This document shows positions 47,601 to 56,681 of a stretch of DNA of 64,000 nucleotides, in pieces. Numbering within the stretch: position 1 is the first letter of the stretch; each line of letters starts with the position of its first letter. Origin of the DNA: a virus (taxonomy: Duplodnaviria; Caudoviricetes); the IMG/VR virus record IMGVR_UViG_2885358051_000002, positions 1 to 64,000 of that record; one strand, 5' to 3'. The notes under the pieces were generated by a model, which saw only the letters and a list, made by a program, of their open reading frames with translations, was not told where the DNA came from and did no database searches. The position numbers and the translations under genes were made by a program.

Positions 47601-50395
47601 AGTTGAAGTGCAATCTTCGCTTTCAACTGTTTGACAACCTCCTTATACGCATTAGCAATGTCTTCAGCTGTGGATTTCTCATTGAGAAGGTTCGTAAGGT
47701 AGCCACCAAACTCCTTGTTAAAATTATGTATAGCTGCCTTATGTTCATTAGAACCCTTCTTTGCATTTGTGATAGCATCTGTATATCGCTTCAAGCGGTC
47801 TTCGGCAACAGCAAAATCACGGTTAAAATCAGACAGAGTAGGATTAAACCCACTCATCCATTCATCCATCTTCTGTCCTTTCTTCACCACATCATATATG
47901 GCCGACCCCAAAGCAACAACAGCGGTAATGACAAGACCTATCACGTTGGCTTTTTGAACTGTATTCAACGCTTTCCATGCTGCTACGAGTCCATTTGTCT
48001 GCAAGGTAGCAAGTACAGAAGCCTTACCCATCAATCCGATAGAAGTAGCCACTCCGGTAACAGCCGCTGCCACCCCTTTGAACAGTAAACCAGAAAGAAT
48101 AGCAGGAAGAAGATAGAGGATGGATTTCATTCCAACCGCTATCATTTCAAGCAATGATTTCAAGACCCAAAGAGCAAACTTGTTGGATGTCGTATGCTTG
48201 GAAAAATCATACCAAGCCCGTGCCATTTCCTTCACCATATCCACCCCTTCCGGATTGACAAAGGCTTTCTCCCAGATATTTCCGGCACGTTCCATCAATG
48301 CCTGAGCCGTCTCCTGCTGAATAGCATATTCCTTTGATACGGCCGTAGCTTCTTCAAAAGCCACCTTAGACGTATTCAAGTGTTCTTTTAGCATGTCCAC
48401 ATTCTTGCTCATTGTCACCATCACATTGACAAGACGGGCACCATCAGAACCGAGGTCTTTGAATACACCTTGCAGCGCGTTCATGTTCCCCTTCTCTCTC
48501 ATCTTCTCGAAGATAAGCACCATTGCATCAATGGCACGACCAGCAGAATAAAGTTCGTTTATGGTACCGGGTGCTATCTGCAATTCATTTTCTATCAGAT
48601 TGTGCTTGGTCTGTAAAGAAGAAATCAGTTTGTTGAATGCCGTAGAAGCCACCTCCGGCATCAAATACATAGAGTCGGCAGCAGAACCCAGCGCAAGGAG
48701 TTGGTCCGTGGTAATGCCCGCTGTGCGTGCCATACCCGTGAGACGCTTTGCGAACTCCACGATGTTGTTGGAAGTAGCCGTAGAAGTAGCTGACAGTTGG
48801 AACATGGAAGAACCCACGGCCAGCATGGACTTCTCCACACCCATCTTCGGGATAAGACCCATCACCTCCGTTATTTTAGAGAGAGCCGTAAGTGCATCCG
48901 CACCCAGGTCCTCCTTGAGAGCCACGTTCACCTGATTGGCAGCACGGACGAACTGTTCAAGACCTGCTGTGCCATACTTACCGATACCCAATTTGGCACC
49001 GGCATACGCAATCTCATTCAACTCCTCAATCGTGGTACGAGTGTCGAGCTTAGAAAGAGACTGCGACAAATCATTGACATCCTTCATGGCCAGACCAGAT
49101 ACCTTGCGAATGTCAGCAAGCTGATCCGAGAATTTCAAGTTCAACCGGAACACGGCCGTAAGTTTCTGTTGAACCATGGAGAATAATTGGAAGGCACCAA
49201 AGTATGCCGTCATGTTTCTGAGCGTTGTCTGCCATGCGGACGAATGTTTTTTCACCGAATCTGTAGAACGTTCAATTTCCGCACGGACTTGTCTCAGTTG
49301 TTGTGTCTTTCTGCTATATTCCACCGTGTCCCGCTGGAGCGTTTTCATTTCCGTTTCCAGTTGCTTTGCCGCCTGCTGGAGCTTGTCAAGCGGTGTGGAA
49401 CGAAGATTTTTCAGAACCTTGTTCACATCCACCGTTTCGCGATCCACACCATCCAAAGCCTCGCGAAGTGTCTTGGCAGACTGCACCAACTGGCTGCGCA
49501 TCGGGTCGTTGATAGCCATATTCTTCAGCTGCTTGTTCACATTATCAAGAGCCGTCTCGATTTCCTTTGGGGTAAACCTTTTCGGATCCATGGCAATGTC
49601 TGACGCTTCCTGTGCTATCTGCTGTGTAGTTTTAGCCACCTCCTTGTTTTTGCCGGCGATAGCATCTAACTGTTCGTCCGCCTTTTTCAGTTCGTTGTTT
49701 ACGTTCTTGATTTCCATCGCGGGGTCTGCCACTTGCACTCCACCCGTACCTATGGAGTCACGATAATTTGTCAGGTTCTGACGAGCTGCACGAAGAGAAT
49801 CCGCGCTGGGCGTTCCTGAATTTATGGTAGCCACAGAACGATTACGCTGCTCCTGCGAAAGTTGAGAAAGCACATTCTGCTGGCGGATATATTCCGTAGT
49901 GCCCTGCTTCGTCTGTTGGAGCAAGGATTTCGTCTGTTGAATAGCCTTATTGAGCCATGCGTCTGAAGTAGAAGAGAGGTTTCCGATATGCTTACCAATG
50001 TTCAGCATCTCTCCCTGCAGCACTTTTATCTGGTCGGATATTGCCTTGTATTTCGCACGTAGGTCATCCAACTTCGGACTGTCTGTGCTCACCTTAGCCA
50101 TCTCCTTTTTCACTTGACGCAGCGCACGGTTAAGTTGTGAAAGCGACGAGTTAGAGAGGTCATTCGTCACCTTCACAATACAATCCATATTGTCCTTTCC
50201 CTCTTTGACAGCGACAGAGAGCTCCTTAATGTCGTGCGCCATTTTCTTGGCACGTTCGGTACCCGCCTTTCCGGAATCCACGAGCTGCTTGTAAGTGCCT
50301 TGAAGCCTTTTTAGTTCCGTTTCCATAGCCCGGACTGCGGCCACAGGCTGCTTGGTGTTACATGTAATGATGACTTCCTGTTTTTGAGTACTCAT
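44612..50395 (-). CDS. Tail tape measure protein (TP901-type core)
   Basis: 1927 aa, coiled-coil; LADIRKVSGL...LNEIAYAGAKLG core and a hydrophobic patch near the C-terminus. Confidence 0.9.
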   Translation of the reverse strand: MSTQKQEVIITCNTKQPVAAVRAMETELKRLQGTYKQLVDSGKAGTERAKKMAHDIKELSVAVKEGKDNMDCIVKVTNDLSNSSLSQLNRALRQVKKEMAKVSTDSPKLDDLRAKYKAISDQIKVLQGEMLNIGKHIGNLSSTSDAWLNKAIQQTKSLLQQTKQGTTEYIRQQNVLSQLSQEQRNRSVATINSGTPSADSLRAARQNLTNYRDSIGTGGVQVADPAMEIKNVNNELKKADEQLDAIAGKNKEVAKTTQQIAQEASDIAMDPKRFTPKEIETALDNVNKQLKNMAINDPMRSQLVQSAKTLREALDGVDRETVDVNKVLKNLRSTPLDKLQQAAKQLETEMKTLQRDTVEYSRKTQQLRQVRAEIERSTDSVKKHSSAWQTTLRNMTAYFGAFQLFSMVQQKLTAVFRLNLKFSDQLADIRKVSGLAMKDVNDLSQSLSKLDTRTTIEELNEIAYAGAKLGIGKYGTAGLEQFVRAANQVNVALKEDLGADALTALSKITEVMGLIPKMGVEKSMLAVGSSMFQLSATSTATSNNIVEFAKRLTGMARTAGITTDQLLALGSAADSMYLMPEVASTAFNKLISSLQTKHNLIENELQIAPGTINELYSAGRAIDAMVLIFEKMREKGNMNALQGVFKDLGSDGARLVNVMVTMSKNVDMLKEHLNTSKVAFEEATAVSKEYAIQQETAQALMERAGNIWEKAFVNPEGVDMVKEMARAWYDFSKHTTSNKFALWVLKSLLEMIAVGMKSILYLLPAILSGLLFKGVAAAVTGVATSIGLMGKASVLATLQTNGLVAAWKALNTVQKANVIGLVITAVVALGSAIYDVVKKGQKMDEWMSGFNPTLSDFNRDFAVAEDRLKRYTDAITNAKKGSNEHKAAIHNFNKEFGGYLTNLLNEKSTAEDIANAYKEVVKQLKAKIALQLREKDIEKQVTPRIGWAADRLSEYDERANPGQNGEWLKGYVEDALEAGKSIEQIGKDLGKKWNVDAKIISDAIKNRSRAVPTKWTDIEKSQEDYSAVAPYAVDNGESAVMSMMSRESNTRNLTAKEQQLYRAMRYVSQIVSANNAMDRVNKKWKPFEDTITDVSVQNEEPGTLDNEAPDKDALKRAKEEAARQKQEWRRDLKDAQDQARAVIDNIKNFYQRQITEVLRTANEQNWDTALTESAVRAVEGRMNLALSQARKSIAGVENTWESFRDTMKTDMIEQADEVGYNESKVLLDNINASNTVALRNLIMNLSANLEIPGNASIDAIWKNASLNEKTNETVEQRRRREVQSRLLDDNYTAKVDDEYTQSMEKLGFFDLSEAQADTLLAGGEDAERLLQRRANEIERVLLTARTHITDLFAAKDKNDLMTILFGEDWKNSDTELTQVLNLSGDELRVFYRELIKYSDSYTEALKKSRERQKKILDEQWMKRPEFHENETAQNYTEMLSSGVGQYSADVQARKENGESIPRKDTYGAASFISSMGHDPEIDAYRLKMEAAAAYYDFLAAHQADAETLRDAEQAILRSEMEYARSVAEQMKQRINDIYQLATPVEDFGSSIGEAFATMTEDADAGQEAMKEATREMIKAFMKQTIEMTKEYAKRRIMQKMNDRLTSVSMKKSTKKMVALEADKQDQITETQEVGGQAQEFLNEEVQGNIKQATQEIGQETLQVQQTQTQQEVQTESAKTQANTTMGIASGASKIIGSLGWWGIPLVAVITALLNGLLSFAMSKVSSLFGGGGDKSSDAGPNVKLVTGMLTYDSGNVQAFRGVEDGKTYPVVGNDGNVYAAKDGGELSTGLVRDPITTLINGQPALVAERGPEMVIGRETTAAMMMARPDLMAEIVKFDRYRSGMTYRAYDSGNVQDFSATTDTHPVGLSSEDVASLRASLDGFAAMMTLIQRNGLHVNKFGRGSVTEEAASGAAFMRRNSGDRRWKG

Positions 50396-50423
50396 ATTGG
50401 CAGAGTTTTATCAGAATTTGACA

Positions 50424-50460
50424 CAAAGATAGAACTCGGAGTATGCGAAAAGGGGACAAA
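50424..50460 (-). promoter_or_regulatory. Late-type promoter (tape measure operon)
   Basis: + strand CAAAGATA 50424-50431, 21 nt, GGGACAAA 50453-50460. Confidence 0.7.
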
Positions 50461-50488
50461 CAGAAAGCCCCGGAAGAGGGCTCCGGGG
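50458..50488 (-). terminator. Probable terminator
   Basis: CCCCGGA/TCCGGGG stem followed on the minus strand by GCTTTCTGTTTG. Confidence 0.45.
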
Positions 50489-50518
50489 ACAATAGTCATA
50501 GAGAATAAACGATAAACA

Positions 50519-53053
50519 TTATACGGAAACTATATTTGTAATCTTCAAATCTCCATAGTTTACCGTAACGATGAAGTTAGCCACCTTACCTGACGAACCC
50601 CAAGTAGGTGGGAGGTCAGCATTGGTAATGCGCAGGATTCGTGTGGGCACCGATGATGGCCAATGTGCCTTAACCCATCCGAGGTCAGACTGCTGTTCGG
50701 CCGGTGTACGAGAGTCCACCGCTTCCCCATAATTACCGATATATCGCTCCCAGGACCAATCTTTGTCTTTTAGAGAGTCCGTGATGTCGTAGTTTCCGCA
50801 AAGAAGATGAGGATCGAGGTAGATATTCACATAACCCGGATATGCCGATGCAGAAGTGATACGCTGGCCCGATTCATTGTAAAAACGTATCTCAAGGTCT
50901 TGAAGACCATACACCATGTGCCATACGGAAGACAGCGGATGCGGTTCGTCGGCCACAGAAGATGGTGACACGAGATACCACTTGCAGCCCCCATAGGTAA
51001 CGGTTGGATAAGTGCGAGAAGAGCGTTCATAATTCATTGCCGGGTCCCATTCACCCAAAAACACCTCCTGCGCATAGGCACGTGTCAGGACAAAAGAAGC
51101 GGAAGTGGTGTATGTCTCTGTTGAAGAATCCGTTTGCACGTCACGCGATGCCGCCACGATATAAAGCGCCCCATTCTCCGGAATATCCGTGAAGAAAAAC
51201 TCCAAAGCAGAAGGAATGCCATCGGGATATTTTGCGGCCATGACATCGTTCCACGCCTTATCAGCAACATCATCGCCAGACTGCCGTGTGATGGTAAGTT
51301 TATAGCCACCAGAAATGATGCTGCCCTCCACATCCTGCAAGACAAAATCCGCACGGAGATGTTCGTCTTCGGCTATGGTTCCATCCGGCCGAGAAAGTCG
51401 GATGTCAATGCGGTCGGAGAAGCGAGTGAACTGGTCGAGAATACCATATATATGCGCATTTTTCGTGACGAACCCCTCTCCATCAAATTCTTTGCGAGAG
51501 ACAACCCCGTTGTCGTCGACCCGCAGCATGACAAATCCAGTAAGGTCGCCCCATCCTCCCATAAAAGTATGCTCCTCCCATTCCCAAGTATTGACCCCCT
51601 CGAAACGTGCTGTATAGGAAGTCGTATAGACAAAGAATTTCTGTCGTTCAGGATGGTCAGTTCCGAAGAATCCAGAAACGGAGAGTACCGCCCACTGCTG
51701 TGGAGAAGGCGAATAAGAACCATCGGAGAACTGTCGCGCCTGTACCGTTACCAAACCCGCAGTGAGGACTTTATCATCAGGATGCGGGATGTAGTCCGCA
51801 TCCTGCGCAATATAGGAAACCGTGTCATTCTCCGTGCGCTCCACCACATTGTCCACTGCAATGACCCGACAATAGATAGACTCGAACCCTGCGCGGGAGA
51901 TATTACCCCGGCGGTCATCTGCATTAGCTGACGCATTTTTAGAGCCATCCATATTGTGCCAGAACCCACGAAGAATGTCGTGAACCAGGAACTCACCCGG
52001 TTCCCCGTCATTCAAGTCAAGCACAAACTGGCAGGTGTGTGCCGAAGCATCTACGGCTATCACCTCCTTAACACGACCCTTACCGGCCGAGTCCCAGCGT
52101 GTACCCGCCAACACTTCAATAGAGTTATATTTCAGCGTAGGAACGGATAGCGACTGCGAAAGTTCGAGGTTACGCGCGAAGATAGTTCCATCCGGCAAAA
52201 AACGCATACCCTCGCGAGCACCGATCCCCACCTGGCCATCCTTCTCAAAATCGCCCACAGTAACCGTCTTCTTCAGTACCGTCTCTCCCTTAACCAAGAT
52301 AGAGTTATTGAATGTGATTTTGCCGTTGGCCACATCATCGTGCGTCTTGGAGAGCCAATGATTCTCGGCATAGGCCGGCGTAACGAGATGGTCGTCGGAG
52401 TCCTCTTTCGTACCATCCCCCGCCACCCCGTTGATGATATTACCATTAAGAACAAGCTGCTTTAAGGATGCCCATGTAACCGTCAGTTTCTCAAATGTCG
52501 CTTCCGCTATCGTCTTGATAAAGCGTACCATATCAGCAGAAGCCACATATTCCCACCATGTATCAGATCCACCTGCGGCGATGGACTCATCAGATGCCAG
52601 TTGTCCACTGTTGATGACCTGTTGCCAAGTGCGGTCCTGTACCACACCTCCCACTTCGGACGGAGAGATGATGCCCTGCGTAAAGATATAGTAATGCGTA
52701 TTAGGCCCTACCTGCGTTCCGCTCTCATTGCATCCATAGATGTCAATCAGCTCAGAGGGAAACACCACCTGCGCATTAGCATCGGCATCCTCAGACTTCG
52801 GAATGGCAATGTACACATAACGGATAAGATTGTCGTGAAAAAACGTAGGCGATGCTACCAACGGCCATCTGCGGTAGTTGTGCGCATTGTCATATCCAAG
52901 TCCGGATATGCCACGCATATAGCACATGACCATGGAACCGGAAGAGCAGTTGGCATGGATGTAGTTGCGGTCTCCAGTAGCGTTAAGCTGTATGAAGATA
53001 GCATAATTGGAAAACCAATAGTCAGCAGGACGAGCGAGAGTCATATCAATCAA
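50519..53053 (-). CDS. Tail tip/baseplate-associated protein (844 aa)
   Basis: Large beta-rich ORF with GEWDPAMNY and WGDLTG tail-protein-like motifs. Confidence 0.6.
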   Translation of the reverse strand: MIDMTLARPADYWFSNYAIFIQLNATGDRNYIHANCSSGSMVMCYMRGISGLGYDNAHNYRRWPLVASPTFFHDNLIRYVYIAIPKSEDADANAQVVFPSELIDIYGCNESGTQVGPNTHYYIFTQGIISPSEVGGVVQDRTWQQVINSGQLASDESIAAGGSDTWWEYVASADMVRFIKTIAEATFEKLTVTWASLKQLVLNGNIINGVAGDGTKEDSDDHLVTPAYAENHWLSKTHDDVANGKITFNNSILVKGETVLKKTVTVGDFEKDGQVGIGAREGMRFLPDGTIFARNLELSQSLSVPTLKYNSIEVLAGTRWDSAGKGRVKEVIAVDASAHTCQFVLDLNDGEPGEFLVHDILRGFWHNMDGSKNASANADDRRGNISRAGFESIYCRVIAVDNVVERTENDTVSYIAQDADYIPHPDDKVLTAGLVTVQARQFSDGSYSPSPQQWAVLSVSGFFGTDHPERQKFFVYTTSYTARFEGVNTWEWEEHTFMGGWGDLTGFVMLRVDDNGVVSRKEFDGEGFVTKNAHIYGILDQFTRFSDRIDIRLSRPDGTIAEDEHLRADFVLQDVEGSIISGGYKLTITRQSGDDVADKAWNDVMAAKYPDGIPSALEFFFTDIPENGALYIVAASRDVQTDSSTETYTTSASFVLTRAYAQEVFLGEWDPAMNYERSSRTYPTVTYGGCKWYLVSPSSVADEPHPLSSVWHMVYGLQDLEIRFYNESGQRITSASAYPGYVNIYLDPHLLCGNYDITDSLKDKDWSWERYIGNYGEAVDSRTPAEQQSDLGWVKAHWPSSVPTRILRITNADLPPTWGSSGKVANFIVTVNYGDLKITNIVSV

Positions 53054-54083
53054 GTGAAGGCGTTACGAAGATGACAGATGACGGCCCGTTGTTCTCGAAG
53101 AGCGGAGCCGTTTCCGGCTTAGGCAATTCAGGTTCAACATACAATGGTGAAGACTTGAGCGCATCAAGAGCCACGGATGGGAGAGCAGACTGGTGAAGAG
53201 CAATATATTCAGTCAGTTTGTCGGTGATTGATACCGCCTCATTGTGTGCAACCGTGCGCCGGTCATTCTCCACACGAATAACCTTTGTACGTGCTTCGAG
53301 ATAGCGAGAAGCAGCCTTGCGCAGGGTGTGGAGGACACGAGAAAGCAACGATTTCTCCGAGTTGGTGATGTCGGTCACGGAACCTTGTGAGAACATCACT
53401 ATAAAGTCCATGAAGTCTTCCCCTATGACCGGAGCCAACACATCCTCATGAATGAAGCGCAAATCAGGAAGCATGGAGATAAATTTCTCACGAGAGTCGT
53501 AGATATTCAGATATTCCTGAAGGACTTTCGCCGATGGGATAACGAGAGAGCCAGCAAGATAGAAGAAGCGAGACTCCTGCCACAGACGGACAATCTCCAT
53601 CTGTTCTTCATCTGCATCATCGTCCTGCGCCCAGTCTTCAAGCAACACGAGAAGCCTATTAAGCGCAGCATGTGCCTCTTTGGTACATGTAGCCTTATAC
53701 GCGACGACCGCCTCGCGATCCGCCTTCTGGTAATCATCTGCCACAGACATGTTGATGCCAGATCCATTGATGGAGATGGCCTGCATGTCGATGGCACGGG
53801 AGAGAGCATCGAATACCAGGATGCGCTGTGCTACCGTGAGGAGACGGGCGTATGGAGGGAGGTCAGTCCCGTCTGTGATTTGATGAATATAAGTACCAAT
53901 GCCAGAATCCGAATTGCGGAGATTGCGATAGTAATCCGTGAGCGAACGATGGAGAGACATCCCGAGCTTGTCTGACAGGAAATCATGTTCAGAGGAATCG
54001 AAGAAGCCAGAAAAGACTTCAATATGGTCAATGGCGTTGGCCGGAGCGTAGAGCCTTAACTCTTCAACAGTAGATATAAGCAT
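53046..54083 (-). CDS. Putative head-tail adaptor
   Basis: Probable start MLISTVEELRLY at 54083, downstream of a late promoter. Confidence 0.5.
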   Translation of the reverse strand: MLISTVEELRLYAPANAIDHIEVFSGFFDSSEHDFLSDKLGMSLHRSLTDYYRNLRNSDSGIGTYIHQITDGTDLPPYARLLTVAQRILVFDALSRAIDMQAISINGSGINMSVADDYQKADREAVVAYKATCTKEAHAALNRLLVLLEDWAQDDDADEEQMEIVRLWQESRFFYLAGSLVIPSAKVLQEYLNIYDSREKFISMLPDLRFIHEDVLAPVIGEDFMDFIVMFSQGSVTDITNSEKSLLSRVLHTLRKAASRYLEARTKVIRVENDRRTVAHNEAVSITDKLTEYIALHQSALPSVALDALKSSPLYVEPELPKPETAPLFENNGPSSVIFVTPSLD

Positions 54084-54105
54084 GGGCGATGAAATTTTGT
54101 TTCCA

Positions 54106-54143
54106 CAAAGGTAAGAGGAAGAACGAAGAAAATGGGGACAAAA
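54106..54143 (-). promoter_or_regulatory. Late-type promoter (adaptor/tail tip operon)
   Basis: + strand CAAAGGTA 54106-54113, 21 nt, GGGACAAAA 54135-54143. Confidence 0.7.
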
Positions 54144-54170
54144 CAAAACCCGAAAAACAGAAAGACGGAT

Positions 54171-54379
54171 TCAAAAAAAGTATTCAAAAAAGACTACCGT
54201 CTTCGGAAAATGAGCCAAAGATATAATATCCGATGCTGCCAAATACTCATAACGAGTATTCAGCGTGCAAGCTACTCCACCGTCCGCAGTATTGACAGGA
54301 ACAATTTGCCCCCCCGAACAAACTTCGGAGAAGCGGAGGACGTGATGAAAAGTTTTAGGCAAGACGAATTACATTTCAT
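54171..54379 (-). CDS. TRD-like cassette 10, frameshifted at G7 (G8 restores frame)
   Basis: Corrected: MKCNSSCLKLFITSSASPKFVRGGQIVPVNTADGGVACTLNTRYEYLAASDIISLAHFPKTVVFFEYFF; tract 54309-54315. Confidence 0.7.
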
Positions 54380-54553
54380 GTTCTACAACTATATAGTGCA
54401 TATTTCTATAAAATACTCCAGCAAGAAGTGTAGATGCTACCCCCCCATAGAACGCATATTATACAAATCCAGGAACTCTGCATGATGTGTCGGAGTCCAA
54501 CCCTTCTGTATGAGTTGTGTCAAGTTCTTATTATTCGCAGCCATAATCATCAT
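54369..54553 (-). CDS. TRD-like cassette 9, frameshifted at G7 (G8 restores frame)
   Basis: Corrected: MMIMAANNKNLTQLIQKGWTPTHHAEFLDLYNMRSMGGVASTLLAGVFYRNMHYIVVEHEM; tract 54440-54446. Confidence 0.7.
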
Positions 54554-54712
54554 ACTCTACCAATAAACACATAGGACATCTATAGTCCGATGTACGTAAA
54601 CAAGGACAAACAGGCTTCCACATAGGATGGTCAATCCCCCCCCCCCATGTCGCCATTCAAAGAAATGCCCCCAAATGTGCGGAGCACATTTATAGCCAGA
54701 TACTATCATCAT
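54531..54712 (-). CDS. TRD-like cassette 8, frameshifted at G11 (G12 or G9 restores frame)
   Basis: Corrected: MMIVSGYKCAPHIWGHFFEWRHGGGGIDHPMWKPVCPCLRTSDYRCPMCLLVEYDDYGCE; tract 54636-54646. Confidence 0.65.
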
Positions 54713-54850
54713 ATTCAATCAATATACCGGCATCCTGCATGTTGGCGCGGATGGTACGAGACAAGTTCCACAACGGACCACGGTTGAAATCCGGTGTACA
54801 TTGACAATATACCCCCCCATTCGATATGGTAACGGAGTAGATGCCATCAT
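54690..54850 (-). CDS. TRD-like cassette 7, frameshifted at G7 (G8 restores frame)
   Basis: Corrected: MMASTPLPYRMGGVYCQCTPDFNRGPLWNLSRTIRANMQDAGILIEYDDSIWL; tract 54812-54818. Confidence 0.7.
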
Positions 54851-55059
54851 TAAAGCAAACGTTCTATCCATAAAAGGTTATCTTTTTGAACTGATGTAAT
54901 TGTATTTGTAAACTTCTCGGAGCCCAATTCAATAACCTGATGAAAACGACGATCAGCATGAGCGCCGCGAAACGAAAGGTTGTCGAGATCACGATTGACA
55001 GAAGTTGCAATACGAACACCTGCAGAAGATTCTTCGGGGTATCGGTCATAGATATACAT
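54850..55059 (-). CDS. TRD-like cassette 6 (open, no G tract)
   Basis: Ends FTNTITSVQKDNLLWIERLL; frame is open further upstream (CACRGR) to ~55127. Confidence 0.7.
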   Translation of the reverse strand: MYIYDRYPEESSAGVRIATSVNRDLDNLSFRGAHADRRFHQVIELGSEKFTNTITSVQKDNLLWIERLL

Positions 55060-55124
55060 ATTATCTTTACATCTGCCACGACACGCACAAATGCAGACAT
55101 AAGTAATACGTGCCGTTGGGGATT

Positions 55125-55325
55125 TTAATTAGTATCATACTCAACAAGAATAAGATTATCCTTCAAGACAGAAGTTATCGTGTTGGAGTACGAAGACAGG
55201 GAAGGAAGCAACTGCCGGTCAGAAAATCGACAAAAGCCCCCCCTATCACCATGTATGCGTCGCAAAAGACGAGCGTGTTCCGTGCGAACCGGAATAAGGA
55301 CAGAAAAACACCTAACACAATCCAT
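55125..55325 (-). CDS. TRD-like cassette 5 (G7 tract in frame)
   Basis: IPVRTEHARLLRRIHGDRGGF...SNTITSVLKDNLILVEY; tract 55237-55243; start overlaps the MTase stop. Confidence 0.75.
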   Translation of the reverse strand: MDCVRCFSVLIPVRTEHARLLRRIHGDRGGFCRFSDRQLLPSLSSYSNTITSVLKDNLILVEYDTN

Positions 55326-56460
55326 GCTCCTTGCGAAATGCAGCTATCTCATCATCAGACAACTTATGATCCGTATAAACGTAGATGATGTGAGCAGATT
55401 TATCTGCCTCGTTTGTCTGAAGAAACTTGATGACACTATCCGGTTTAAGGAAATAAGATTCGTCCACCTCTTCATCCAGTACATCAGCAATACATTTCAA
55501 CAACTTGAAAGATTTTGGGAAACGATAAACAGGAAGACCGAGGTCACGACGGACGGACAACATGAAAACTCGCTCACGGTTTTGCGGAACTCCATAGTCC
55601 TTAGCGTTGAGTATAGCCCAATAGTTATCATATCCACAATCACTGCACACCTGCTGCCAGGCACGGAAATCATCAATGTTCACCTCATTAACCAATGCAC
55701 GCACATTCTCTTGAAGCAAGAACTTCGGGTGCAAAGCACGGATGGCTTCCTCTGTGTACCACAAAATAGAAGAACGAGTACCAGAGCCTTTCTTAAGGCC
55801 TGCACGCTTGCCAGCCTGACTGATACTCTGACAAGGTGTAGAATAAGTGAGCATGTCAATGTCATCCTCTCCCTGTTCCTTGAGATGCTTACAGAAAGAA
55901 TGCCAATCAATCTTCGTCATATCGCCGAGATTGCGGTCTTTCCATTGCGGGAAGAGCAAATTATGCGCTACCACAGCCGGCTGCCGTTCGAGAGGGACAT
56001 TCGCTTTTTCCGGGTCAAATTCAGACCATGCCATCAACTCATAAGAAACGGTGTGCCCACCCTGGTTCGCGGCATCCACTAACTGCTGCATAGCAATAGC
56101 TTGCGAGTCATAACCGGAACAAAGCGTGACAAGCCTTATTTTGGATGGCAACGGAGCACGGAATGTAGGGTCAGGAAACAAATTATAGGCATCATCGGGG
56201 TCATCCTCCGTCAGCCAAATGTTGCGAAAGATATAGTAAAGGCAAGAGACCACAATACTGTTTCCTGCCAACTTGTATATAGACGAGCGGGAAAGAGAAG
56301 AATCCTCACACATAGTAATGATGTCAGGCTCTGGTACATCCATCAGACGCAGGCACTCACGTTCAGTAAGTTTGCGAATGTCAAAATACCGGACAGGATG
56401 AGATGGGTCACGCTTTCCCTGTAAGTCAGGATGATTATCCGGGTATATTTTTGCAATCAT
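55312..56460 (-). CDS. Circularly permuted cytosine-C5 DNA methyltransferase core (IX-X-I...VIII) lacking a TRD
   Basis: N-terminal IRKLTERECLRLM (IX) and YKLAGNSIVV (X), then LCSGYDS (I), TPCQ (IV), ENV (VI) and QNRERVF (VIII). Confidence 0.92.
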   Translation of the reverse strand: MIAKIYPDNHPDLQGKRDPSHPVRYFDIRKLTERECLRLMDVPEPDIITMCEDSSLSRSSIYKLAGNSIVVSCLYYIFRNIWLTEDDPDDAYNLFPDPTFRAPLPSKIRLVTLCSGYDSQAIAMQQLVDAANQGGHTVSYELMAWSEFDPEKANVPLERQPAVVAHNLLFPQWKDRNLGDMTKIDWHSFCKHLKEQGEDDIDMLTYSTPCQSISQAGKRAGLKKGSGTRSSILWYTEEAIRALHPKFLLQENVRALVNEVNIDDFRAWQQVCSDCGYDNYWAILNAKDYGVPQNRERVFMLSVRRDLGLPVYRFPKSFKLLKCIADVLDEEVDESYFLKPDSVIKFLQTNEADKSAHIIYVYTDHKLSDDEIAAFRKEHGLC

Positions 56461-56494
56461 TTTTTTATTCTTTTATATCAAAAATCTATTCAAA

Positions 56495-56681
56495 TTATAA
56501 CTCATATTCATAAAGGACAACAGTCATAGGATAATGAGCCATTGAAATGATATTGCCACTTCCTATGGCTTCATAACGGGTTGTAAGCGTAGCCGAACAA
56601 CCATCCGCTGTGGTATTGCAAGGTGTGATTTTACCCCCCGAAGAAGCGTGTAGTTCCTATATAAGTAATACTAAAAATCAT
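56495..56681 (-). CDS. TRD-like cassette 4, frameshifted at G6 (G5 or G8 restores frame)
   Basis: Corrected: MIFSITYIGTTRFFGGKITPCNTTADGCSATLTTRYEAIGSGNIISMAHYPMTVVLYEYEL; tract 56634-56639. Confidence 0.7.
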
